NCBI GenBank assembly: GCA_000697335.1 | Contig: JNEM01010786.1 | Location: 1 to 48,392, forward strand | Reading direction: 5' to 3' | Length of the DNA stretch: 48,392 nucleotides | Source of the DNA: Conidiobolus incongruus B7586 | Lineage: Eukaryota | In this document: piece after piece, positions 12,001-24,298 of the stretch | Position numbering within the stretch: position 1 is the stretch's first letter | Layout: each line of letters starts with the position of its first letter | The notes under the pieces: model-generated | The model's database searches: none | The model's input: only the letters and a program-made list of their open reading frames with translations | What the model was told of the DNA's origin: nothing | Translations under genes and position numbers: made by a program

Positions 12001-13404
12001 CTAACGCTGGAAGGGCCACATTCCCCAGAGATCGTTCCAGCTTGGTTGGTTACCACCCCATTGTGGTTGTTGGAATGGAGGTTGTTGCTGCTGTTCACTT
12101 TGTTCTTGCGTTGGAAGTTGTTGTGGTTGTTGTGGTTGTTGTGGTTGCTGTTCCTGCGGTTGATATTGTTGATTCTTAGTCATATAATCTCCCATTGCCA
12201 AAATGGCTGCAGTGAACTCTTTACCCTGTGGGACAATAGCAGAAGGTGGTTGAATAAAACCATTTTGACCCTTATCTTTCAATTCGACAGCGAAGGGATA
12301 GGGTATTTTGGCAACTGAATAGCCCCAGTCGACGGAACTGCCACTAGCTGGATAAATAGTTTTACATATAGATCCGAAGGTGAATTGAGGAGCTCCTTGT
12401 CGAACCATAGCTTGAGTAGCAATTTGACTGATTTTATAAAGTTCATCGTTGGTTTCAGCTTCATCGCACTTATAGCCGTATGGATACATCCACATTTGGC
12501 CATAAGCATGTACATCGATGTACACAGTCTTTTGAGGAATGCTAGAGATAAATTTGGCCAAATTGGAAGTTTCTGGAGCGGTAAATTCTTTATTACCGGG
12601 ATAGGTCTCCTCGCAGGGATTAATTCCTGGATTGGCCCATTGGAAACCCCAATTACGATTCAAATCAATTCCGAAACATTGAGAACCAGAAATGGGCTGC
12701 AAATTCTTACGCCAATAACGATTTTGACTACCTTGACGAGTGTAGTCGTACCCATCGACATTCACAACGGGAATCAAGTAAATGTCGAATTTTTCGAGCA
12801 AGTTTTTGACTTGTGCATTGGAAGCGGATTTTGTAATTAGTTCATCCATCAAATAAGACACTGTCGAGATGGTGATCCATTCACGACTGTGAATGCCACC
12901 ATGAATGATCCAAGCTTTTTTATTTGAGCTGCTGCCTTTAGAAATTTTAACACCACGGATGGTTTTTCCGCGGTAAGTCTTGCCAACTTCGAAAGATTTA
13001 GCGATAGAAGAGTGTTGGGAAATCAATTGATCCATAAACTTGTAAATTTCTTCAGTTGAATGGAATTGAGAGTGGAATGGACTTACTCCAGTTGCATAAC
13101 CGACAGGAGCTGGCTTTGATTCTTCAGCAAGTAGTTTACCTAAATCACTATGTACTACTCTAATAGGTGCGGAAAATTTAGCTCTCAGCTCGTTTGCGAC
13201 ACGTGTACCCACACGAGCTTGAATCGTGTTGTTGAGCATTTTATTCCATACATCGATCTTATATTCACTAGCATATTGTTGAAAAATTTGAGCATCTTTC
13301 TCAGTCTTGAGATCGATATTAATCAATTGCTGAATCTCGTTTGGAGCGCTCTGCGACACCAAACCAGCAACAAGATAACCTAAAATAATTAACAATTTGT
13401 TCAT
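12001..13404 (-). CDS. Secreted M14A zinc metallocarboxypeptidase (CPA-like) with propeptide and Gln/Pro-rich C-terminal tail
   Basis: Signal peptide; GGIHSREWI (H69/E72), DLNRNW, DVHAYGQ (H196), IYPASGSSVDW (hydrophobic residue at the S1' pocket position, CPA-like) and AVELKD (E270). Confidence 0.95.
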   Translation of the reverse strand: MNKLLIILGYLVAGLVSQSAPNEIQQLINIDLKTEKDAQIFQQYASEYKIDVWNKMLNNTIQARVGTRVANELRAKFSAPIRVVHSDLGKLLAEESKPAPVGYATGVSPFHSQFHSTEEIYKFMDQLISQHSSIAKSFEVGKTYRGKTIRGVKISKGSSSNKKAWIIHGGIHSREWITISTVSYLMDELITKSASNAQVKNLLEKFDIYLIPVVNVDGYDYTRQGSQNRYWRKNLQPISGSQCFGIDLNRNWGFQWANPGINPCEETYPGNKEFTAPETSNLAKFISSIPQKTVYIDVHAYGQMWMYPYGYKCDEAETNDELYKISQIATQAMVRQGAPQFTFGSICKTIYPASGSSVDWGYSVAKIPYPFAVELKDKGQNGFIQPPSAIVPQGKEFTAAILAMGDYMTKNQQYQPQEQQPQQPQQPQQLPTQEQSEQQQQPPFQQPQWGGNQPSWNDLWGMWPFQR

Positions 13405-14731
13405 CGCTGTATTAATATTATTGATAAACTTATTCTGTTTTATCCTTTTATATTTATTAAATGACTTCCGGTTTTTGTTGTGGTCATGTAATTAATTATC
13501 TCTTTTTAATCAATTGGCGTAATTATCAAGAATTCGGTTGGAAAATTTCGCTTCATTATGCAATGGCTTTAATTAAAATTATTTACTTTGTATAACAGTC
13601 TTTGTTCAATACTAGCTAATCATCCTAAATTCTTTCAGCAATATTTCAAATGAATCATGCCATCCTCCAAGAAATTAAATTTTGTGGATATTTGACTAGT
13701 GAAATTCGGACTATAATGCTGAGGTTATAATCAAGTAGAAGCTAGTCTATTCCAAGAGTATTGTAACTCATCTGACAATTATCTTAAGTATTATCCAAAA
13801 TTAACCTATTGATAATTATTTAATGGCAATAAGCCAACCGATATTAAATTATACTGGATAGAATTTAATTTTTTTGATATAACATACGCCAAACTTAACA
13901 CAGTTTATTCAAGTTAATCTCATTGATTTAACTAAAATCGAATTCAAGATAATTGTTTATTTAATCATGTATAATAATTATTATATATTTTTTTCTATTC
14001 AAAATTGTAAATTATAAAAAATTATTTTGTTAATAACATACATTACTGAAACTATCAAAATCCAATACTATATAAATTTATTATATAGCAATTATAATAA
14101 ACCATTAAATTTTACAAAATTGTAAACGTTAATTTTCTGCATATTTCCAAAATCTAATAGAAATATTAAAAAAAATTTCAATATGAATTAATATATACTT
14201 ATAGATAAAATTATTTATAATTCTATAATTTCATATTTTATTTTAAATGACAAAATTCTAATAAAATGAGTTATATTGAATGATGTAAACATATATGATT
14301 TAATTTTATCATATATGATATTTAAATCAAAAACCAATTAAATGCAATATAGTTCAAAATATATATATTTTTATTTAATTATTTGCTATTCTTAACCATT
14401 TTTCGTTACATGTTAAAATAATTGCCAAGTCATACTTGTATAATTACATAATAATTATTAACCAACAATCTAACGTTAGTATCATTATTTGGATCAACTG
14501 TGAAAATCAGATTGACAAATCTTTGAGTGATTATATATTATGATATGAGAAAGTGAATTTGGATGAAAAATATTGAATTTAGGTATTTTAATATATTATC
14601 TTTAGTAATAATTTCCTAAACTTTTAACGTGCGGATTGTAAAATCCAGAGTTATGAATATTTGTATTTTCAATCAAATCAAAAATTTTCTTTGCAGTAAT
14701 TCTCATATTTAATTTAGAATTTTTTTGATGT

Positions 14732-14804
14732 GCTGCTTAAGTTCAGTAAGGAGAGCATCAGACTGAAGACTTGAAGATCCTGTGTTCAATCCACTGTGGT
14801 GGCA
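14732..14804 (+). pseudogene. Degenerate tRNA-Phe(GAA) copy
   Basis: 73 nt, 12 differences from the 4591-4663 gene. Lost U8 and G18; mismatches in the anticodon stem (TCAGA/CTTGA) and T stem (CTGTG/CACTG); followed by a T-run. Confidence 0.8.
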
Positions 14805-16602
14805 TATTTTTTTAATTTATTGGATAGTTATTTCTTTGTTTTACTTCAAAATTTCTATTGCTACCAATTTTATATTGATAACATTTAGTAGTTCATTTGT
14901 GATTTTGGGTATAATATTTTCATGATTCACTATATTTATGTTTTTATTCACAATAACAATAAAATGCTTGATATCATTGTTTTTTCAGAGTAATAAATTC
15001 TAAATTTTGATTTAGTAATGGATGTTTTTTCATCAATTTCAGAAATTGCAAAAAAAGATGTTGATAACTTAAATTGTTAGAAACTTCAATGTATAGTTAG
15101 TCATTTTGCGATTAATAGATTATATTTGCTTTCATTTTCAAAATATAAAACCATGAATTTATTAAATTGATATTTTGAAATACTCAGTTCACAAGATATC
15201 ATTCATATTATATTATGATTTTTGACTTGGACTATATCCAAATATTCTTATATAATCAATCACATATAAAATCTAATTTTCTTATAAATTTCAGTATACA
15301 AATAAATACAAAATAAAACATTTCAATTAATATCAAACTATTTTTAAATCTATATTCTTTTAAACAGATAATTCAAAATATATTTTTGGGATTAATATCA
15401 TATAATTACGGAATTTGGCTATATATATATATATATTTATATATTTATATCATAATATAATGATATTTCTTTGAAAAGATTATAATATTATTCAAAATAA
15501 TAGTTGTTAAATATTTAAGTTTGAATAATCGTACGTTTTATTAGAATATATTTCAGAAATATCTTGTGTTGTAATTTATAACATAATCAAAAACCTTCAA
15601 ATTCAAAATAGATTTAATCAATTTAAATTATTTTTCAAAATTATATAAAATGACGTAATGTTAAATAATTTTCTTGACTATAATTATTAATCAGATTTCA
15701 AAATTATAATAGTTTAAACCATAACTTTGGAATCAGTATATTGCTAGTTTGAATATATATAAAATATTAACCATTATATCAATAATAAGTAAATATTTAA
15801 AAATATTTAAATTCTAATATTGATATTTGTTTTTGCTATTTTTAAAATTATTTATATTTATTTAAATATAATAAATTAAGTTTTTGAATGACGGATTAAT
15901 TATGTTATCAATTGTTCATTTCTATCTGTAAATATCAAGAACATTATTCTCGCGTACTGATTCACTTTAATACTCGATTATGATTGAAGGAATTCTCATC
16001 GAATTACTGACTAAGTTAAACATAAGATTGCATTATTATTATTATCTACTAAATTAAAATTTCATATATATTTAAGTACTGAACAATAAATTAGTAAGTT
16101 TGATTTGATTAATAAAATTGACCGCAAAAGTTTAAGAAATGCATACGCAATAAATGCATGGCATTCTTTATCGCAGCTAGTTTGAATAAGCTTAAAATTT
16201 TGAAAAAAATATTCAATAGTTTATCATCTATATACATTATTATAATATTATTAAAAATATCTAAAAATTATGCTCATTAATATATAATATTTTTTAACAT
16301 TTTCTAATAAAGAACTTTCAATCTTTTTCCACAATAGGCAAATATATTTATTTTTTTAGATTATCTATTTGAATTATGTAAGGAGACAGTTGCAAAGTCA
16401 GTTTTCTCAAATTAGCTTGACGGAATTATTACATCACTAATTCAAATCAGGTTTTTTTTATAGATTATCCAATCAAATTAAAACATTATTTGATTAAAAA
16501 ATGAACTCTAATGGCATTAGCCATTTTTATTTAAAAGTTCGAATATATATAAAGGCCCTGGACTAAGATAATATCGGCAATTAAACATTGAAATAAAAAA
16601 CG

Positions 16603-17331
16603 ATGTACAATAAACTTACGATTAACAATTGGATTTGGCTATTATGGCTACTATTGATTAACTCAGCTGCCGCACAGTCCTGGGAAGTTCATCCTAGAAC
16701 TGATGCAGGGAGTATTATCGCAGGTGTCATTTTTATGATTGTTGGTTTAGTATTCGTATTCGCCGGAAAACGTCTCATTAAAATTGTTGTCGCAATCGCT
16801 GGTTTCTTCACCTTCTTTTTCATAGTTTTAGGTATTTCTACCTTTATCGTTGATTGGGATAATTTATCAAGGACTCAAAACATTATCATCTGGGTATTCG
16901 CAGTGGCATTAGGTGTATTAGGAGCCTTAATTGCTTGGTTCATTTGGAAGGTGGGTGTCGTTATCTTTGGCTTCTTATTTGGTATTAATGTCGGTACCTG
17001 GATCACCCGTATCAACTTTACCTCAAACACCAATGCCCAACTTGGAATTATTATCGCTTTTGGTGTTGTTGCAGCATTAATTACTCTATTCTTCATGAAG
17101 TTTGTCATTATTGTTGGAACTGCTTTCACAGGAGCTCAATTGTTTATGTGCGGTGTTGATTTAATTACCAATACAGGATTCATTCAATTCCGTGACAGTG
17201 CTATTGAGAATGGCGTGATTTCTTCTCCTACTCCTCAAGTTTGGGCTATGATGGGATCTGTGCTAGCAATAACTTTGATTGGAACAATATTCCAATGGAG
17301 AACATCACCAAAGACTGACATGAAATATTAA
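16603..17331 (+). CDS. TMEM198/TM7S3 (DUF4203) family multi-pass membrane protein
   Basis: Signal peptide plus ~7 hydrophobic helices; GLVFVFAGKRLIK...AGF and IIVGTAFTGAQLFMCGVD match the family pattern as recalled. Confidence 0.8.
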   Translation: MYNKLTINNWIWLLWLLLINSAAAQSWEVHPRTDAGSIIAGVIFMIVGLVFVFAGKRLIKIVVAIAGFFTFFFIVLGISTFIVDWDNLSRTQNIIIWVFAVALGVLGALIAWFIWKVGVVIFGFLFGINVGTWITRINFTSNTNAQLGIIIAFGVVAALITLFFMKFVIIVGTAFTGAQLFMCGVDLITNTGFIQFRDSAIENGVISSPTPQVWAMMGSVLAITLIGTIFQWRTSPKTDMKY

Positions 17332-19520
17332 CTTGATAAGTAATTATATATATATATTAACATTTAAATAAATTATATTGTATAAAATATATAGTTGGAC
17401 TTATTATTTTTTAACATAGAACAATTTGATTCCAATTATATCATATTCGATAAATAATGAGTTCGAAGTGTTGGTTGAAAATTGATAAATTATTTGTATC
17501 ATCAATTCATATATCAGTTCTAAAACCAAATTTAAGGTCAAGAATTAAAAATAATATAATATATTCTAATAAATATTTTAATATTATATTATTTATTTAT
17601 AATATCTAGGCATTGTTAACAAAATTGATCACATTTGAAGCCCAGCTAATTTTCATTCTTATTCAAACAATTGATTTGAATAAAAAATATCAATTTTCAA
17701 TTTAATATTTTATTTATTGAATTAGTATCATAATAAAATTACGTTATCTAAATACTTATTTCTTTTTAAAAGTATTCAGAAAAACCAATATAAAGAAATA
17801 CTGTTTATTTTATATAATTATATCATATTTTAAGCTAGATTTGCTTAAATATTAATTGAACATTTTAAAATAATGCATAATTCAATGTGATCAAAATAAC
17901 TATCAATAATCCTAATCTCTGTTATAAAATTTTTTAGGTTGAAATAATGAAATATACAAGTTATTATATTATTTGAAAATATTGAACTTGATTATAAGTA
18001 TTTTTAATCAATTTTATTAATTAGGATGTAATGATTAAGGAAAGTTAATTACTATACACCGAAAAGTAATTTACTTTCATTGTAATGATTTCATAATTCA
18101 GATTGATATATTGTGTTCATTGAAATTATATGTAATGAAATTGTTTTTTATTAAGTATTTTATTCATAAACTCGTATTAATGCATACTCACTACATTTAT
18201 TTATCAAACAATAAAAGAAATATTTAAATATAATACCTTAATTCATATAATCGATATTTAAATTTATTCAGAACCTCATCTTACTCAAAAAAAAAATAAA
18301 AAAAATTGAATATTATCTAAAGCACATTAACTTAGTAACAAATTCAACTCAATATTGAATAATTACTGGAATATTAATTATATTAAGTAATATTTTTTAT
18401 TTTTCCATGGATTAATAATGATTTATGTGAATCATCATAAATTCTCTTATTCAAGTTTCGCCTAAATATAAATTTTTGATAAAAAAATGCAAAAATAGTA
18501 AAAAATAGTTTTACTAGAATTTAAAAAATCAATTATTATATGAATGTTTATAAATGATTGATCTTTTCATAATTGTAATATCTATTATTACAGCTTATTT
18601 ACATTGTTTAAAATATTTTCAACGCTTAGTTTACAGATTCTATGTTTAAAGTTTTAGGAATGTGGTAACTAATTCGGAATCATTTTGATTGTTTTCTTAA
18701 GTATTATTAAATATATACCTTTTAGATCATAAGTTATCATTTACTTTCAAAGTTAATGTTCAATATAGATAAGTTTTTATAAAGTAATAAAATATAACAT
18801 ATCAATGATTTAATGAAATTTGTTAATGTTGATTAAACACTTCTACTTAAGTCTCAATATTTATTATCAAATTTGCTAATTGTTTATCAATATCAAATAC
18901 TATTGATATTTAGTAAAAATTATTTAAATTATTAATAAATTGTAACTAGGAATTATACCCATCATATAAAGTTGAAAAGCTTGCATTATGTTATTTATTG
19001 ACCAATATTTTTGACTAGTTAGTGAAAATTTTAACATTAATTTACCTTAAAAATAACCTTAGTAAAATATTAATGATTAATTTAAAATATGGTAAAACTG
19101 GTTAAGTTATAATAAATAGGGTATATAACATAGGTTTATAATAATCCTATTTCTCACTAGTAACTATGGTATTAGCATTGAAAACTACTAAAAGTATTTT
19201 GATATATTTTCTAGATGATACTTGTTTTATCAAAAAAAATTTTCCAACAATTGAAAGGCTTTTTGAATCAACTCTCAAAATATTTATTACATCCTCCTTA
19301 AATGTCAATTTACTATTTGTCCAAGAAGTTTTGCATTATTGATGAAATGAAAAGTTTTATTCTAGTTTGTGTTTAAATATTATGATTTGATATACTATAT
19401 GCAATAATGTTTAGAATACAAAGGTCGATTGGGTAATACAAACTATATGTAAATGATGAATATAAATACCTCAATGAACTCTTCTAGATATCCTTAAATA
19501 TCCTCGGCAAAATTCAGAAC

Positions 19521-20209
19521 ATGTATACACTCAGAATAGACTATTTCATTTGGTTACTATGGTTTATATTAATCCATGCCACATCTGCTAAACATCATAT
19601 GATTATCAATCCCTGAACTAGTATAATTAATATCGCATTTGGTGTGATTGCAGTGATTGTTGGTTTAGTGTTTCTATTCGTTGTCAAATATTTGATCAAA
19701 TTTATGATTACAATTGCTGGATCCTTTGCCATTGCCTTAATTATATTCTGCATTTCATATTTAATTGTCGATTTCCAGTCTATATTAAAAATAAAATATG
19801 TCGCCATAATAGCAAGTGGGATTGTTTTAGGCATTGTGGGCGGATTTCTCAGAAGTTTGAAAAATTTGGCTGAGTGGTTTTTGGTATCATATTCTGTATC
19901 AGAGTAGGTCAATTCATTATCCGAATTAATTTGACAACAGATGCCAATATTCATATATCCATTCTTATTAGAGTTGGAGTTGTTGGGTCATTTATTGTAG
20001 TATTATTTATGAAATACGTTGTTATTGTTGGTACGGCATTTAATGAAGCTCAACTCTTCATATATGGTGTTGATTTAATTACAAATACCTGCTATCTTCA
20101 ACTTTGGAAAACATTCAAAGGTAAAATGATCGTTTCCCCTACACCTCAGATCTGGTTAATGGCGGGATCTGTATTAGTCCTGACTCTTCTGGGTTTACTA
20201 GTCCAATGA
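19521..20209 (+). pseudogene. Disrupted tandem paralogue of the TMEM198-like gene
   Basis: ATG 19521 (MYTLRIDYFIWLLWFIL, cf. MYNKLTINNWIWLLWLLL). In-frame TGA at 19614-19616, frameshift near 19860-19875, and TGA at 20207 where the paralogue has TGG. The 3' part FMKYVVIVGTAFNEAQLFIYGVDLITNT...SPTPQIW clearly matches 16603-17331. Confidence 0.85.
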
Positions 20210-21961
20210 AAACTGAAGCCCAAAAACAATAGAAACGATTTATCTAATCAATCACTAATATCCACAAAAAGTAATAGTAATCAAGCATTTTATGAAAATG
20301 TAACATTTAAAAAATTCACATTAGGATTGAATATCTTCACAAATAATCTATTTTTTATATATTGAGAGATTAGATGAATATTTAAATTTTTAAAGTGTTT
20401 TATTCACAACATATAATTATATACTTTCAATGGATAATATTTGTTATAATCCCGTTAACAGATTATCGAAATTTATTTAACAATGTTTATAATCGATGAT
20501 ATTATTATTAAAAATTTATATATTAGAATTTCACTATATAAATTTAATATTTTTTAACTTATTTAAGTGATCATTTAAAAAATTAATTATTAAAATAACT
20601 CAGTTATTTACCATATAAAAAGTATATGTTGTTTATTTAATAAATAAATAAAATTTCCTAAATGTATAAGGTTAGATAATTATTTGAGAATTTGATATTA
20701 CAATCTACAATTTTGGTTTAAGAAAAACATTATTAATATCTTCAATTACTATTTTAAAAGCTTAATTAATATTGTCAAATTCATATATATGCATTATATA
20801 TTATGGAATAAGTTTTTATACCTTTTCCATTAATTCTAGGAAAATAGCGATTTCAATATTTATATTGTAATGTGATAATAATATGTTTTTATAATACAGT
20901 GCTGATATACCTAATAGCAGTGATTAATAAATATATTATAAATTTTAAACTTGAGAATTGTCATATATATTTCTATGTTTCTCTATTTTATAATTTTACA
21001 TAACATATCCTCTGATTATTTAATTAGTTATAAAACTGGTATAACTTCAATTCAGTTCTATATAAAGTCAACACTGCTAATGAATGCCTAAGCAAAATAA
21101 TTCATAAAATCAATAATTTGGACAATATATTTGTTAAATTTTCAAAAGATAAAGCTTAAAAAGGTATATTTAATATAAAGATCAAATAACTTATATACCT
21201 GTATTATTTATGTTGAATATTAATATTTTTGTCCGAAATTGGGTTTGATATTGCTTACTAAAAATCTAAGTTCAATATGTTTTGATATAATTAAAATACA
21301 TTTAAGCCACTATCAAATAAATTTTCCACTAAAATTAATTAATTATTGATCGGTTTTCAGAAATGTTATTTAAGCGATGTAACCATTAAAGGTAAGCTAT
21401 ATCATAACTCGTGTTTAAGTTTCCATTAAAAAATAATGATGCTCGGATTGTTGAGTTAAAATTGTCACAAGTAATAAATAACATTCAACTTCTTAAAGCC
21501 ACCGAAATTGATGAGAAGGTCTGCAGATCAAATTAAAATGGTCTGCAGGTCAATTTTTGTAAAAAATTAAAATTTCGATAATTTATTCTCTAAAAATTTA
21601 AATGATATCACAGTATTTCACATGTTACTGTCCAAATTTGATACTATAATTGTTATATTTTCACGATGTTTCAAATAAAGCAAATAAAATCAATTCTATA
21701 CAGATATAAGCCGAAAGCAATGGGAAAAATCGGATTAGAAATTACTATAAAAATGAAGCAATAACTAAGAGTGACCGTTTTAATAATTATTCATTCTTTT
21801 TAATCATCTGATTAATCAGTTGTCATTTGAAATTATTCCATTTTAAATCTTGGATCAATTGATTTCCCTTACTTTTTATATACGCAACCAAGCGCACTCA
21901 AATCTTTGCTAAATTCATTATAGGTCACATTTATTATTATTTTTATAATAGATCTTAAGAA

Positions 21962-24160
21962 ATGAGCTATACTCCTAAGCGCCGTTTAGATAACTTAATC
22001 GCTCACTTGTCTCTCTCTGAAAATAAAACATTTGCTAAAGATAAATCAAAGTAACTTAAACTAATTATCAACCAAATTCTTAATCTAATCAAGATTTTTA
22101 ATCTTAGTCTAGTCCTCGTTGACAAAACTTCAGGCAAAACTTGGGAAATTGAACACTCTACGGAAACTGGAAAGAGTACCAATCTCCAGCTCTTCGTTTC
22201 TGGGTACCAGCAACTATTAAAGATACTGAACCACTCATCGCTAATACATATTTTAATATAGTGAAACTGACCAAGCTTTAACAGTACTTGACAACAGAAC
22301 CAAAAAAGTTTATGAAATTCCCATTAAGGACGGGACTATTTCCGCTTCAGCTTTGAAAGCTATTAAAAAAGAAAAGAGTGATACTGACGGTTTAAGGTAT
22401 GTATATTATCTTATTATTATTCAACTCCTTGTTAATATGCTATTTTAGAGTTTACGACCCTGGTAAATATTAATTTTCTCTGTTAATATATCCGGGCCAT
22501 TTTTTGTCTAATGCTTTAATAGGTTTCCTTAACACCGCAGTTTGTGAATCCGCTATTACTTTCATCGATGGTGACAAGGGAATTTTGCATTATAGAGGCT
22601 ACCCTATTGAAGAATTGGCTGAAAAGTCTTCATTCTTGGAAGTTGCTTACCTTTTAATTTATGGAGATCTTCCCACTAAAGTACAATTAGTTTTATTTTT
22701 TATATGACTTTAAAACTAATATATATGTTGTTTAGGATCAATTCGAATACTTTTCAAATGAAGTTATGCAGCACACTATGCTTCACACTAACGTCACTAA
22801 ATTAATGAGCTCTTTTAACTATGATGCTCATCCTATGGGAATGTTCATCAGGTATTTTTACTTAAATTTCACTATTGTAACATCTAATCTAATATATTTA
22901 GTGGTATTTCTGCTATGTCCACTTTTGTCCCTGATGCCAATCCTTCCCTCAGAGTACATTTAGCGTCTAATATACTAATATTTCAGCTAACAAATTTAAC
23001 TTAGGGTTCTGATCTCTATGCTGTCAACTCTGAAGCCATGGACAAGCAAATCATCAGAATTTTGGGTAAAGTAACCACTATGGCGGCTTTATCCTACCGC
23101 CATCGTATTGGAAGACCTTATAACCTGCCCCAAAGCAACATGGGATATACTGAAAACTTTTTGTATATGATGGACCATATGGCTGAACCCAATTATCGTC
23201 CTAATCCTAAGCTCGTTAAAGCTTTAGACATTTTGTTTATTCTTCATGTGAGATTTTAAAATCATATGAAATTTTGACATGTTATTAATATTGATTAATC
23301 TAGGCTGATCATGAATTGAATTGCTCCACTGCTGCTATGCGCCATATTGGTTCTAGTCGTGTTGATCCTTACAGGTTTGTCTCTATCACATAATTAGAAA
23401 TCGTTAATCTAATCAATCATCATTATATAGTGCTATCGCTGGTGCTGCTTCTGCTTTATATGGTCCCCTTCACGGAGGTGCCAATGAGGTAAGTATTTTG
23501 TTTGGAAATTGAAAATCCAATCTAAAATGGCTATTAGGCCGTATTAAGAATGTTGGAAGACATTGGCTCAGTTGAAGCCATCCCCACTTTCCTCCAGCAA
23601 GTCAAGAACCGTCAAAAGAAATTAATGGGGTTCGGTCATCGTGTCTACAAGAACTACGATCCTCGTGCTAAACTCATTCGCAAAACCGCTTATGAAGTCT
23701 TCGAAGTTTGTGGTCGCGAACCCCTTATCGATGTCGCCATTGCTTTGGAACAAGCTGCTCTCAATGACGAATTCTTCGTCAAGCGCAAGCTCTATCCCAA
23801 CGTCGACTTCTATTCCGGTCTCATTTACAAGGCTATGGGCTTCCCCACCGACTTCTTCCCCGTACTTTTCGCCATTCCTCGTGTTGCTGGTTGGTTAGCT
23901 CACTGGAAGGAATCCTATGCCTCCAAGGACGGTAAGATCTGGCGTCCTCGTCAAGTCTACATTGGTCATGGCAAGCGTCCCTACCTCCCCATTGAATTGA
24001 GAAATGATGACAATGTCAAGGCTCAATCTTTATCTAAGATGCCTGCTGTAAGTTTTATTTACCCCAATTCTTTTAACTATTATTAACTTTGATTTTTTAG
24101 TATCAAACTCGTAAGAGATCATCGGTTGCCATTATCAACGACAAAGAAGGCAAATTATAA
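21962..24160 (+). CDS. Citrate synthase, peroxisomal/glyoxysomal (plant/Dictyostelium/bacterial-like) type, 12 exons
   Basis: Manual splicing through 11 short GT-AG introns. Motifs [72 protein letters not shown] and IWRPRQVY. N-terminal RLDNLIAHL; last exon 24101-24160 ends EGKL*. Confidence 0.95.
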
Positions 24161-24265
24161 TATAACTTCATAACCGTTATAAATTAAAATCAAACCAAAT
24201 TGTTCAAATTGTCAAATAAATAATAATAACACATTGTTTAGGTCATTATAAAGTTTATTGTTTCA

Positions 24266-24298
<33 letters not shown>

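Noticed and set aside
12046..13383. Small ORFs overlapping the carboxypeptidase
   Set aside because: Antisense or alternative-frame shadows; the WLL repeat is simply the reverse of the QPQ repeat.
19614..19616. In-frame TGA as recoding (Trp/Sec)
   Set aside because: It aligns with Arg and the same copy has a frameshift, so pseudogenisation is the simpler explanation.
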